Below, one piece after another: positions 37,091 to 46,878 of a DNA stretch of 64,000 nucleotides. The position numbers were made by a program, and so were the translations under genes. Position 1 is the first letter of the stretch. The number at the start of each line of letters is the position of its first letter. Under the pieces are notes generated by a model. The model worked only from the letters and a program-made list of their open reading frames with translations. It made no database searches and was not told where the DNA came from. This DNA comes from a virus (Duplodnaviria > Heunggongvirae > Uroviricota > Caudoviricetes): positions 1 through 64,000 of the IMG/VR virus record IMGVR_UViG_3300046791_000283; one strand, given 5' to 3'.

Positions 37091-37501
37091 ATGACAACTA
37101 TAAGATTCAAACTACCAGAACATAAAGACATCGACAAAATAATGAACTCAATCCCAGAGAAGTGGAGAAATAAATGGTGTGGAGGTGAAGATGGTCTGTG
37201 TGCCTGTTTAGGGTGTGTACAAATTGGCAATAGAATAATTATGGTTGAAAAGGCAACTGGTATTGATTATAAAGGTGACCCCGAGTATATCGATGAAAGG
37301 AAAATCCCAAAGGAAATATACGTTAAGTACAAAATCACCAGAAAAGAATGGGAAGAGTGGAAGTTAGAACAAAGAGATAAAACGATTACTCTGTTAGAGA
37401 AGTACTCAGTATTTCTAGCTGAGCATGGTTATCTGGATGAGGACTGGAGATCAGAGGAACCCTACGCAATAGATGAGTTTTTAAAACTAACCGATAAATA
37501 A
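37091..37501 (+). CDS. hypothetical protein
   Basis: 136 aa. Confidence 0.55.
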   Translation: MTTIRFKLPEHKDIDKIMNSIPEKWRNKWCGGEDGLCACLGCVQIGNRIIMVEKATGIDYKGDPEYIDERKIPKEIYVKYKITRKEWEEWKLEQRDKTITLLEKYSVFLAEHGYLDEDWRSEEPYAIDEFLKLTDK

Positions 37502-37502
37502 A

Positions 37503-37688
37503 ATGACTCAAGAAGAATTCAATGCAACAAAGTTTAAGGCCCGTATGAAGGCCTTAGTAAACGGTAAGGAGAAAGATATTATTTCTGTTGACTTCGAGAG
37601 GCAAATGATCGGACTCGAAATCGCTGATAACAGTAAGAAAATCGATTGGGTTCGGATTGAAAACTTAGAACTCGTTAAAGACAAATAA
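37503..37688 (+). CDS. hypothetical protein
   Basis: 61 aa. Confidence 0.4.
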   Translation: MTQEEFNATKFKARMKALVNGKEKDIISVDFERQMIGLEIADNSKKIDWVRIENLELVKDK

Positions 37689-37700
37689 CCCCGTAAAAAA

Positions 37701-38747
37701 ATGAGCACAAAGATCGAATGGACACATCGTCCAGGAACCAAGGGTGAGACGTGGAACCCCACAACTGGCTGCGATAAGGTTAGCCAGGGATGTAAATTCT
37801 GTTACGCTGAGGGTATGCACAAGCGCCTACGCGCTATGGGTATGAAGAAATACGATCATCCGTTTCTCGGTGAGGTTCGTACGCATGAGGACACATTGCT
37901 TATCCCATTGAAATGGACAAAGCCTCGTACAATCTTTGTCAACTCAATGTCCGACCTATTCCATGCGGATGTACCGTTTGATTTCATTGATAAGGTGTTC
38001 GCTATTATGTCGATGAGTTCACGACACACCTACATCATTGCGACTAAACGACCAGAAAGAGCCGCTGAGTACTTCGCATCTAAAACCCGCAAGTGGTCTG
38101 TTTGGCAAGAAGCCGTGATCTTAGAGGGTAAGAGTGATCACGAATTCAATTGGCCACTACCAAACGTCTGGATGCTAACCAGTGTGGAGGATCAGAAAAC
38201 AGCAGCACAGCGTATTCCATACCTTCTACAATGCGATGCTGTAGTCAAAGGAATTTCAGCCGAACCCCTATTGGGGCCAATCGATCTAACCAACTTGGAC
38301 TGTGATGGTGCAGGTCACCCGGACTACTGTCAAATCAATGCACTTACAGGAGTACAGACTGATATGGCCAGGCCGTGTCGCGATGTACCTAAACTGAATT
38401 GGGTTATCGCTGGTGGGGAGAGTGGAATCAAATCCGGGGTCCGTCCACCGAATCCTGAATGGTTTGCATCTCTACGTGATCAGTGTGCCTCAGCTGGTGT
38501 GGCTTTCTTCTTTAAGCAGTGGGGCCAATGGGCTCCAGTAGAGGTGGCATCGTTGTTAACATCTCCGGAGAATGATCTACTAAAAGTATTTGATTGGAGT
38601 TTCGTTTTAGCAGATGGACGCTATACAAAAACTCCTCAGCTATCAGACTTAGAAAATAAGATTTTTAGTGTAATGTATCGAGTTGGTAAGCACAACTCAG
38701 GAAATGAATTAGAAGGAGAACAACATCTTCAATATCCACAGATATGA
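37701..38747 (+). CDS. phage Gp37/Gp68-family protein (DUF5131)
   Basis: N-terminal IEWTHRPGTKGETWNPTTGCDKVSQGCKFCYAE matches the family signature. Confidence 0.6.
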   Translation: MSTKIEWTHRPGTKGETWNPTTGCDKVSQGCKFCYAEGMHKRLRAMGMKKYDHPFLGEVRTHEDTLLIPLKWTKPRTIFVNSMSDLFHADVPFDFIDKVFAIMSMSSRHTYIIATKRPERAAEYFASKTRKWSVWQEAVILEGKSDHEFNWPLPNVWMLTSVEDQKTAAQRIPYLLQCDAVVKGISAEPLLGPIDLTNLDCDGAGHPDYCQINALTGVQTDMARPCRDVPKLNWVIAGGESGIKSGVRPPNPEWFASLRDQCASAGVAFFFKQWGQWAPVEVASLLTSPENDLLKVFDWSFVLADGRYTKTPQLSDLENKIFSVMYRVGKHNSGNELEGEQHLQYPQI

Positions 38748-38932
38748 AATTAGAGATTAAACGACCATTTTTTACCGGTGCAATTAATAAAAATGGCAAA
38801 ATAGAAATACGATTGCATACCCATAGAAAACCAAAAGGAGAAATTATTTCTATGGAAAAATTTGAAAAATATCCTAAAAAATGGGTGCAAACAACCATCG
38901 GAATATATGCTTGCTTTCCTACTAAATCATAG
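38744..38932 (+). CDS. hypothetical protein
   Basis: 62 aa. Confidence 0.4.
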   Translation: MKLEIKRPFFTGAINKNGKIEIRLHTHRKPKGEIISMEKFEKYPKKWVQTTIGIYACFPTKS

Positions 38933-38935
38933 ATA

Positions 38936-40396
38936 ATGGACGAAGATTTAATATCACCACGCGACCTCGCATACGGAGTAGCTAAAATTCCACCGCAAGC
39001 TTTGGATTTGGAAGAAGCCGTATTGGGTGCGGCCATGTTAGAAAAGGGAGCTACCTCAGTACTCGTAGAGCTTCTAAAACCAGAGGATTTTTATTCCGAT
39101 CAGCACTCTGTAATTTTCAAAGCCCTTCAGAGTTTAACCCGGGAGGGTAAGCCGGTTGATATGCGAACCATTGTGCATCAATTAAGTACAACGAATGAAT
39201 TGAATATTGCCGGTGGGGCCTACTACATAGCCGAGTTAACATCTAAGGTTAGCTCAGCGGCTAACATGGAATATCATTGTCGGGTTCTTATGCAGAAGTC
39301 GATGCTACGCGAGATTATCCATCACGGTATGTATATCGCTGAGAAGGGATATCGCGAGGATACCGATGTTTTCGAATTGATCGAAGAGCTCAGAAAGTTT
39401 GCCTTGAATATAAATAGCTCTGGAGCCAAAACAGAGAAGAGTATGCAGGAAGCCATGTACGCAATGATCAAGTACATGAATGATAAGAAAACCAGCGAAT
39501 CCCATATTACTGGTATCCCATCGGGGTTCACCGTTCTGGATAAGGTCACAAGTGGTTGGCAGGATACCGATCTAATCATCATTGCCGCACGACCCGGTAT
39601 GGGTAAGACCACTATCGCTATCGAAGCGGTTAAATTCGCTTCGGTAAACTTCAAAGTACCAGCGGCTATCTTCTCAATGGAAATGAGTTGCATTCAGCTT
39701 ACAGCCAAGATGGCCAGTAGTGAGTCGTGGATCGATCTGCGTAAGATCCGTCACGTGGATATGGCTGATTTCGAATGGCAACAATTAACGCATAAGACAT
39801 CAAAGCTCAGTGGGGCTCCAATCTACATCGATGATTCGGCCGGCCTGAGCATATTAGAACTTGAAGCCCGCTGCAGACGCTACGTGGATAAGTACGGAAT
39901 AAAAATTATAGTAGTCGATTACATTCAATTGATGCGTGGTGAGGGACGTAAGGGTGGTAACCGTGAAGAAGAAGTGAGTTCGATCTCCCGAGGCCTAAAG
40001 CGTATTGCGAAAAGCCTTGGTATCCCAGTGATAGCGATCAGTCAGTTGAGCCGTGCGGTTGAAACCCGAGGGGGTGCGAAACGTCCAATGCTATCGGATC
40101 TTCGGGAGTCTGGTTCATTGGAACAAGATGCGGATATCGTAATCTTCCCTTGGAGACCAGAATACTATAAGATACACATCAATGAAGAAGGCAATGAGTA
40201 CGTAGGCGGTTACACCGAACTCCACGTGGCCAAACACCGCAATGGCACCACGGATACGGTGGCTGTGCAATTCCTTGGGAAGTTCAGTAAGTTCCGCGAC
40301 ATCCAAATCCATCCGGAACCTGGTACCGATGTCACAGCACCAGCTACAGTGCAAACCGATGGCCCTCCAGATAAAAGAGATGATTTACCTTTTTAA
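38936..40396 (+). CDS. dnaB: replicative DNA helicase DnaB with a C-terminal SSB-tip-like DDLPF tail
   Basis: N-terminal DnaB domain (LDLEEAVLGAAML); Walker A ARPGMGKTT; RecA-like C-domain motifs; ends ...PPDKRDDLPF. Confidence 0.85.
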   Translation: MDEDLISPRDLAYGVAKIPPQALDLEEAVLGAAMLEKGATSVLVELLKPEDFYSDQHSVIFKALQSLTREGKPVDMRTIVHQLSTTNELNIAGGAYYIAELTSKVSSAANMEYHCRVLMQKSMLREIIHHGMYIAEKGYREDTDVFELIEELRKFALNINSSGAKTEKSMQEAMYAMIKYMNDKKTSESHITGIPSGFTVLDKVTSGWQDTDLIIIAARPGMGKTTIAIEAVKFASVNFKVPAAIFSMEMSCIQLTAKMASSESWIDLRKIRHVDMADFEWQQLTHKTSKLSGAPIYIDDSAGLSILELEARCRRYVDKYGIKIIVVDYIQLMRGEGRKGGNREEEVSSISRGLKRIAKSLGIPVIAISQLSRAVETRGGAKRPMLSDLRESGSLEQDADIVIFPWRPEYYKIHINEEGNEYVGGYTELHVAKHRNGTTDTVAVQFLGKFSKFRDIQIHPEPGTDVTAPATVQTDGPPDKRDDLPF

Positions 40397-40407
40397 CCCA
40401 AATTGAT

Positions 40408-40605
40408 ATGGAAAATTTAATGGAAGCAACAATGAAAGAGTTGAAACGTAATCGTGAAACTCTCGAAGAGTACAAGAAGATTCCTGCCGGTGCCTTTGGT
40501 GCCGCAATGATCACTCAGCTCATCGAAAGAACTGAGAAGGCCATCGGATCCGGAGACACAGTTGAACTCCTTGTCTGTTACGGTCAACTCAAAGAAACCT
40601 GCTAA
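40408..40605 (+). CDS. hypothetical protein
   Basis: 65 aa. Confidence 0.45.
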   Translation: MENLMEATMKELKRNRETLEEYKKIPAGAFGAAMITQLIERTEKAIGSGDTVELLVCYGQLKETC

Positions 40606-40991
40606 TGAAAAAACCAATTGAACCACCCGATGGGATAATTATCACTGTATCCCAGAGTATGATCGGCCCCAATGGATACCGGCACTGGCTCCGTAACTTC
40701 TTAGAAGCAATGGCGGATACGGAGGATGATCGTTTCTATTGGTTTCGCCAGGGGAATCGTCCAAAGGATGATCGTTCGCTCCGTTTCGTTTATCTGTGCA
40801 TTGGAGGTAAAATACGTTACCGTGTTTTCTATGCTGGGTCGGAGGGGGAACGAACTATGAAGTTTGATAACCGAGAAGATGAATTACATGGTAAGGCCTG
40901 GATCCTTACGGCCGGTCCGGTTGTGCGTGCCCCTCGTGTGATTAAACGTCAGGGCTTTCAAGGATTCCGTTACACTCAAGAAATATTTTGA
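40605..40991 (+). CDS. hypothetical protein
   Basis: 128 aa. Confidence 0.55.
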   Translation: MKKPIEPPDGIIITVSQSMIGPNGYRHWLRNFLEAMADTEDDRFYWFRQGNRPKDDRSLRFVYLCIGGKIRYRVFYAGSEGERTMKFDNREDELHGKAWILTAGPVVRAPRVIKRQGFQGFRYTQEIF

Positions 40992-40992
40992 T

Positions 40993-41238
40993 ATGGGAAA
41001 AATAATTACCAAAGAGGTATCATTTCTTGCAATCAATTTGAAGATGCTAAGAAAAATTAATTCACTAACTCAATGGGATTTGTCTGTGGCTCTCGAAATA
41101 AAGCGATCATCAATCGGAGCCTACGAAGAAGATAGGGCTGAGCCAAAACTAGGTATACTGATCAGGATGTCCGATTACTTCGGTGTTTCACTCGATCAAC
41201 TGGTAAGAGTTGAAATAACTAACGTTCCACCTAAATGA
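40993..41238 (+). CDS. HTH XRE-family transcriptional regulator
   Basis: LTQWDLSVALEIKRSSIGAYEEDRAEP is a helix-turn-helix. Confidence 0.6.
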   Translation: MGKIITKEVSFLAINLKMLRKINSLTQWDLSVALEIKRSSIGAYEEDRAEPKLGILIRMSDYFGVSLDQLVRVEITNVPPK

Positions 41239-41600
41239 ATCCATTCGAAAAATATCTAGGCCCCGAAGATCACACGCACCGTGCTATCCTGAACTACATC
41301 GGAATGCAGTACAAGAAAGCTGTTGTGGCTCATCCGGCCAATGAGGGCAAGCGTACCAAGTTCGAACAATTCAAAATCAAATGGCTTGGGATGAAGTCAG
41401 GGCTGCAGGACATCCTGATCTTCAATCCGATCAAAGGATTTACCGGCCTGGCAATTGAAGTGAAAGTCAAGGGAAATAAGCCAACGCCAAATCAACTACA
41501 GTGGCAAGCGTGGCTCCGTGAATGCGGATGGAAAGCTGAGGTCGTATATGGCTTCGATGAAGCAAAGAAGATAATCGATGAGTACTTTAATTTCTATTAA
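41235..41600 (+). CDS. VRR-NUC domain nuclease
   Basis: HPANEGKR...GLQDILIF...AIEVK...PNQLQWQAWL. Confidence 0.6.
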   Translation: MNPFEKYLGPEDHTHRAILNYIGMQYKKAVVAHPANEGKRTKFEQFKIKWLGMKSGLQDILIFNPIKGFTGLAIEVKVKGNKPTPNQLQWQAWLRECGWKAEVVYGFDEAKKIIDEYFNFY

Positions 41601-41602
41601 CC

Positions 41603-41860
41603 ATGGGACTGGGTTCACAGAATAAGGAGCAGCGTAAACATTTCAACAAAGTTGCTAAGTCAAAGTGGAAGGATAATGTCAAAACCATTGAGGACGCAGA
41701 GCGCATTATCCGAATGATACAGGAGAGCCCGCTGACCTCATTGGATCCGTATGCAATGCGGAAAATAAAAGAACTGGAGGCTTATGTCTCCTGGCGCACT
41801 GGAAATGAAACCTACAGAGAATTTTTAACTCGTTGTGAACCCTTAACTCGTTTAATATGA
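41603..41860 (+). CDS. hypothetical protein
   Basis: 85 aa. Confidence 0.5.
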   Translation: MGLGSQNKEQRKHFNKVAKSKWKDNVKTIEDAERIIRMIQESPLTSLDPYAMRKIKELEAYVSWRTGNETYREFLTRCEPLTRLI

Positions 41861-42084
41861 AACACGCTTCACAGATTGTAAAATTTCTAAACCTTGCCGC
41901 AGCTGAGAAGTGTACGGTTAGGCAGATGGCATCCGAACTCGGTGTTTGTGATCGTACCGTCTATCGTTTTATCATTGGAATGGAAGAGGCTGGATTTATT
42001 ATTGATAGCAAAATACCTTCTGGTAAACTATTCATTAATAAAGACAACGTACCTCCGTTCGTTAAAATCCTAGCTACCAAATGA
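41857..42084 (+). CDS. HTH DNA-binding protein
   Basis: VRQMASELGVCDRTVYRFI. Confidence 0.5.
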   Translation: MKHASQIVKFLNLAAAEKCTVRQMASELGVCDRTVYRFIIGMEEAGFIIDSKIPSGKLFINKDNVPPFVKILATK

Positions 42085-42485
42085 TTTGCACCGGCACAGA
42101 AGACTTCCCTGGCTGTGGCAAACTCCTACGGCTTGAGAACCACGATTTAAAACTATGCGCCTCCTGTAATGCAAAAAGACGTGACACAGATAAGGGCCTA
42201 TACCCAGAGGTACGGTCGATGTTTCTACAGATGTGCATCCGTAATGAAGTCGTATGCCCAATCAAAGAGACTCCGATTACAATGGAATCTGACATCCATC
42301 ACAAAATTGGAAAGGAGGGATACGCGGATCAGTGGGCCCGGGATAATGACATTAGCAAACTAATCGATATACGGTTCTTCCTCGCGGTATCGCGTGAAGG
42401 CCACCAGTTCATAGAGGCCAATCAGACCTGGTCAAGAGAAAGAGGATACATACTAACCCGTTCAGCAGATGCGAAAGAAACGTAA
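42081..42485 (+). CDS. Zn-finger / HNH-like protein
   Basis: CGK..C..CN plus HHKIGKEGY. Confidence 0.4.
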   Translation: MICTGTEDFPGCGKLLRLENHDLKLCASCNAKRRDTDKGLYPEVRSMFLQMCIRNEVVCPIKETPITMESDIHHKIGKEGYADQWARDNDISKLIDIRFFLAVSREGHQFIEANQTWSRERGYILTRSADAKET

Positions 42486-42657
42486 CGGCCTTCAGAAGGT
42501 TAAGTTTTTGTCACAGTTAAACTTATCTGTGACTAAACCAAAAGTGAAATTTTTTCTTAATGGAATTGAAATTACGGAAAATGAACATATCAGTATAGCC
42601 AAACAAATTCAATTTGCTATTAAAAATGAACCAGATGAAAAAGACTTACGCAATTGA
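42469..42657 (+). CDS. hypothetical protein
   Basis: 62 aa. Confidence 0.3.
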   Translation: MRKKRNGLQKVKFLSQLNLSVTKPKVKFFLNGIEITENEHISIAKQIQFAIKNEPDEKDLRN

Positions 42658-42934
42658 CATCCGGATCTACGAACCTACGTTCCGTTCCGAGTTCCCCTAT
42701 CAAGTAAAAGGGAATCCTAGTAAGATATTTGGCCAGTCCTCTGAGGGCGAGGGCTCAATGATGCAGCCAGGTTATTTCACATTGGCCGTTGAAATGACAG
42801 AGGAGGAATTGGATGGATTATACGAATGGGCCGGTAAGGTAGGCTGGATGAAACTCCTTGGTCACCACACGCTACCTAAGTCAGCTAAACAGATATGGGA
42901 AGAAAGCGATCCAAACTTGACAAGTGTAAAGTAA
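42614..42934 (+). CDS. hypothetical protein
   Basis: 106 aa. Confidence 0.45.
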   Translation: MLLKMNQMKKTYAIDIRIYEPTFRSEFPYQVKGNPSKIFGQSSEGEGSMMQPGYFTLAVEMTEEELDGLYEWAGKVGWMKLLGHHTLPKSAKQIWEESDPNLTSVK

Positions 42935-42982
42935 ATTCATCGATTTATTGTAAAAATCGCCATAAACCAATAGATTTAACCC

Positions 42983-43837
42983 ATGAAACAGACAGGAGAA
43001 AATTGGATTACCTGGGACGACAAAGTTGTTCCGTTTTCCTACGTAAAAGCATTCGACCGCATCGCTGAAAGCTCTGGACAGAGTATCCTGAGTGCGGCAG
43101 AATCACTAGCCGACCGTGTAATTAAAACCAAGCGTACACTGATCGGAATATGCCAGAAGGTATACGAGAATCATTTAAAGACCGGTAAAGCCGTTGAGGT
43201 CTTCAGCTTCTATACCTTCGATCGTTCTACTCGCATTGAGTACGACACCTATAAGGGTCACATTCGCATTTACAAAGCGACTAAACCGAATCCAACGCAT
43301 AAGGATTACAAGCTTATGAACTTGGACTTCAACTCTTCGAATCCATTGAATCTTCCACAAAACGAAGAGGAAAAAGAGAAAAGGATTCAGGAGCGTAATA
43401 CTGTACCACCTACTCCTGGAAGCGATGAATTAAAAACCAGAACTCCCATGATTCCACTGGATGCCAAAATGGTTCCTTTAGAAGCTATCCCAGTTGATGT
43501 CCCTACAACCAATGGAGCCCAACCTGTAGAAGCAAATATATTTGGTGATGCAAATATGGTTCCTCCATCAGCAAGCGACCCAACTACACCAACTGAGGTG
43601 GCTGCTGTATGTCTCCTTATAGCATCTGAAGAAGAGGATGATAAAAATCATTTTGCAAAAGCAGAAGCAATGCTGGATACTCCAGATAAAAACAGCCCAG
43701 ACTCACAATGGAAAAACATTACTTTTAATCCTGAAGAAAGTGATTTCGCTATTTTTAAATACAGAGATTACTACCTAGTCAATGACTGTGGTATAAAATA
43801 TCTTTACCAAAGAAAAACAATCGTACCAACAATCTAA
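42983..43837 (+). CDS. hypothetical protein with Pro-rich linker; candidate recombination protein by position upstream of the SSB-like gene
   Basis: 284 aa. Confidence 0.5.
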   Translation: MKQTGENWITWDDKVVPFSYVKAFDRIAESSGQSILSAAESLADRVIKTKRTLIGICQKVYENHLKTGKAVEVFSFYTFDRSTRIEYDTYKGHIRIYKATKPNPTHKDYKLMNLDFNSSNPLNLPQNEEEKEKRIQERNTVPPTPGSDELKTRTPMIPLDAKMVPLEAIPVDVPTTNGAQPVEANIFGDANMVPPSASDPTTPTEVAAVCLLIASEEEDDKNHFAKAEAMLDTPDKNSPDSQWKNITFNPEESDFAIFKYRDYYLVNDCGIKYLYQRKTIVPTI

Positions 43838-43849
43838 ACCCAAATACTT

Positions 43850-44602
43850 ATGTCGTTAGGAAGCCAGGTGGCACGCAGAAAAGTTTACTTCTTGAGCCTG
43901 AGAAGTAAAAAAAATGAACAATTAAATCCACACTTCAAAGTACAGAAGCGTGAAGGCAGTATCACCGTTGACCTACCCGATGAGGTAGAGGTGAGCGGAA
44001 ACCTACTTGCCATTAGACACGGAGAGTACGAGTACAAAGGTGACAAGGTTAAAACCATTACACTGATTCTTGTCGATGGTCCGGATCAGTACAAAATCGA
44101 ATTGAACCTTAATGTCAACACGACCCGGGATATCATCAATCGTATTCTTGGAACACAGGACTATGGTTTCATTACCATCCGTACGTTTGCTAAAGAAGAA
44201 TTCGCAAACGTATACATGGAGAACAACGGTACTCGAATGGAGTGGGCTTACAAGTACGATGATCTAAAACAGATGATTTCCGAAGTTCCAGATCCGAAGA
44301 GCGAAGGAAAGTTCATCAAGGTATATCATAAGTTGAATACATTCCTTCTGGACAAGTGGATTGGACAAGAAACAGTTGTGGCAGCAAACGCCAGAGCCAA
44401 GGGTTTCGATAAGCTAGATGAGAATCCGAAAATGGGTACGGAAGCCGCTGCGAGTCAAACAGCTTCTACTGCTCAACCAAGTAGTACAGCTGCGCCAGCA
44501 CCATCTCTTCAAAATGAATTTGATGCTACCGGCCATCACGATGAGGACTTCATACCACCAGGCCCTTCAGATCAAAGTGGTTCAGACGATTTACCATTCT
44601 AA
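43850..44602 (+). CDS. SSB-like protein: globular domain, disordered A/S/T/P linker, and acidic DDLPF tip
   Basis: C-terminus ...AAASQTASTAQPSSTAAPAPS...SDQSGSDDLPF mirrors the SSB architecture and the DDDIPF-type tip. Confidence 0.45.
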   Translation: MSLGSQVARRKVYFLSLRSKKNEQLNPHFKVQKREGSITVDLPDEVEVSGNLLAIRHGEYEYKGDKVKTITLILVDGPDQYKIELNLNVNTTRDIINRILGTQDYGFITIRTFAKEEFANVYMENNGTRMEWAYKYDDLKQMISEVPDPKSEGKFIKVYHKLNTFLLDKWIGQETVVAANARAKGFDKLDENPKMGTEAAASQTASTAQPSSTAAPAPSLQNEFDATGHHDEDFIPPGPSDQSGSDDLPF

Positions 44603-44605
44603 CCA

Positions 44606-45370
44606 ATGACTCTACACTTTAACAAACGCAAGAGTTGGTATTTCGGGAAGAACTCCCGGAAATCCATTGGTATTGAATTCTCCGGTTGGAACTCATTCCC
44701 ACAGATCTATTTGGAGGTCGATCCGACTGAATCTCAGTATTGCATCCACCTCGGGTTCATTCTGGGCATCTGGATCACCATGAGCCACATAATGCCTAAA
44801 CGGTGGTATCCTGAGGGCTACGATATCAAACAAACCGGTATCAGTATTCACGGTTGGTGCCTCTGGTGGATTGTTTGGATGGATCCTAACGCATGGAATT
44901 CCACCGATCAGTGGTACCGCAGAGGTAATTTCAACTTCGAACGCTTAATTCGTGGCAAACACGAAGTCGAGTGGGCCGATATGGGTAAGCGGAATATAAT
45001 CCTACCGTTCCTCGAGGGCAACTACAGTGTTTGGGTTGAACGGAAGCTGAGAACCGATCGTTGGAAGCGATGGTTTACATGTACAAGTCTATGCTGGGAG
45101 GTCAAGTGTGGATATTTTAAAGGCACCGAGTTTATCACGGTACCCGTACCACATCCGGGTAAAGGTGAGAGTTCTTATGATCAGGACGAAGATGGTACGT
45201 GGTCAATGAGCTTCCCAGATCGAAAGGAAATCCGCACCCATTACGAAGCCGCCTTGTACTTCTGGCACGACAAGATGGTTACTCGTGAGAAGCGTGGATC
45301 GGCCTCCTGGAGGCCCCGAGTCTTCGGTAACACCCTGCTCAAATACTTCAAAGAGACTCAGATCACTTAA
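44606..45370 (+). CDS. hypothetical Trp-rich protein
   Basis: 254 aa. Confidence 0.5.
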   Translation: MTLHFNKRKSWYFGKNSRKSIGIEFSGWNSFPQIYLEVDPTESQYCIHLGFILGIWITMSHIMPKRWYPEGYDIKQTGISIHGWCLWWIVWMDPNAWNSTDQWYRRGNFNFERLIRGKHEVEWADMGKRNIILPFLEGNYSVWVERKLRTDRWKRWFTCTSLCWEVKCGYFKGTEFITVPVPHPGKGESSYDQDEDGTWSMSFPDRKEIRTHYEAALYFWHDKMVTREKRGSASWRPRVFGNTLLKYFKETQIT

Positions 45371-46093
45371 TTCTATTTTTTTAACACCACCAACGCCACT
45401 ACGGCTGCAGCGCCAGTGAGACACCAGTTTCGCTGGCGTTTGTATTTCAGCGCGTCCGACTTCCATACGGATGTCTTCTCCTGTTCGGCTTGGTTTGCCG
45501 CCAACAGGACTGATTCCCGGAACGCTCCCTCGGTTAACATCATATTGGATGCCTTCTGGGCCGAATCCTTCTGTACTATCGCTGAGCGCAGATCGGATAT
45601 CGTACTGTCCTGCTCCACTACTATCCGTTCGAGTCTTAAAATATCCACCGCTGCTTGACGCAAGACTGTATCGGGCATCAATACCATTTTTATTACGGGT
45701 TTCGGTGGAGTCGGCTTCACCTGGCCATACGTAGCGGGCGCGATAAAAAGAATCCAGACCAGCGTCAGTAAACCGATTAACCTGGTCGATAAGTTTTTGC
45801 ATTTCTTTTCCATGCTTTCGTTTTAGTTGGGTTGTACTAAGTTCTCTATCAGTGGCGAGTTTCTCGTAGCTTCGCGCCTTGGCAAGATATCGGGCCGTAT
45901 CATCACGGAGTTTATTCTCCCGGACGTGGCTAGCCAACCATTCGTTCTTCAGGCTATCCAATTGTTTGTCCAGGCGCTCTAACTTTGCAGCGGAGTCAAC
46001 GGAAGGCTGGCCACCCTGCCTTCCGATACGCATACCTATGAAGAATGAAACCCCACAGGCCGCTATGATCAATGGTATGTAAAACCTTCTCAT
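45203..46093 (-). CDS. membrane-anchored coiled-coil protein (i-spanin-like); C-terminal half low-complexity
   Basis: N-terminal TM segment IPLIIAACGVSFFIGM then a predicted coiled coil. Confidence 0.4.
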   Translation of the reverse strand: MRRFYIPLIIAACGVSFFIGMRIGRQGGQPSVDSAAKLERLDKQLDSLKNEWLASHVRENKLRDDTARYLAKARSYEKLATDRELSTTQLKRKHGKEMQKLIDQVNRFTDAGLDSFYRARYVWPGEADSTETRNKNGIDARYSLASSSGGYFKTRTDSSGAGQYDIRSALSDSTEGFGPEGIQYDVNRGSVPGISPVGGKPSRTGEDIRMEVGRAEIQTPAKLVSHWRCSRSGVGGVKKIELSDLSLFEVFEQGVTEDSGPPGGRSTLLTSNHLVVPEVQGGFVMGADFLSIWEAH

Positions 46094-46782
46094 TCGGCTG
46101 GCTGTTTTGATGCAAGAAGAAGTTTGTTATACTCCTCAACGAACTCGGGAGTATTATGGTGAGTGTAATATTTTATAGCTCCGAAACTTGCATTAGGAAT
46201 TTCCGGTCTACTCACATAGAACTTGTACCCCTTATCCGTTCCTTGAACTACATTCATTCCTTTCTGTTTAATCAAAGCCAATAGATCCTCTGGGTGCATT
46301 GATCCGCAGAAGCTACACACGCGATCCTCACCAATCTTATTCCATGTATCCAACCCATCTTCTCGTTTCCATGGTCCTAATTCTGACATTCTACGACCAC
46401 AGGTTTGTGGTTCGGTGCCTTTAATTCGTGGGAGACCGGCTGAAATTGAAATATCGTATCCAGGACCACTAGAACTCATAAACCCAAAGGATCTTTTAAC
46501 ACTTGAATAAGCCCTCTGAATATCTTCATTATCGCCATGCTGTTGATAAAAATCTTCAAACAAAGCAAGGGCTGAGTCATAACTAATATTATCAACTTTT
46601 ACTTCGTGATCACCACACTTGAGACTAACATTAAATCTGGCCTTCTTTAGTAGTTCGGTTTCCATACGTTTTTGGGTTAAGTATCGTTGCCTTCGAATCC
46701 TCAATTTAAGCATAAATTCTCGGGAAAGTCCAACGCGTGGATTCCTCTTGTAGTATGTTGGTTTCATACTACTATACGGCAA
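46090..46782 (-). CDS. hypothetical protein
   Basis: 230 aa. Confidence 0.55.
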   Translation of the reverse strand: MPYSSMKPTYYKRNPRVGLSREFMLKLRIRRQRYLTQKRMETELLKKARFNVSLKCGDHEVKVDNISYDSALALFEDFYQQHGDNEDIQRAYSSVKRSFGFMSSSGPGYDISISAGLPRIKGTEPQTCGRRMSELGPWKREDGLDTWNKIGEDRVCSFCGSMHPEDLLALIKQKGMNVVQGTDKGYKFYVSRPEIPNASFGAIKYYTHHNTPEFVEEYNKLLLASKQPAE

Positions 46783-46878
46783 GCGTGACAGATTAATTTT
46801 TGTTCCTGAGAGCCAGGAAGACCAGTAGCATCATCTCCCAGCGCATACGCTGGATTTTAGGCCTTGTAGTGGTGTTTT

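Noticed and set aside
46837-46852. Hairpin CCAGCG-cata-CGCTGG between minus-strand genes, considered as a terminator
   Set aside because: There is no U-run on the strand that is transcribed there, so it is unlikely to be an intrinsic terminator.
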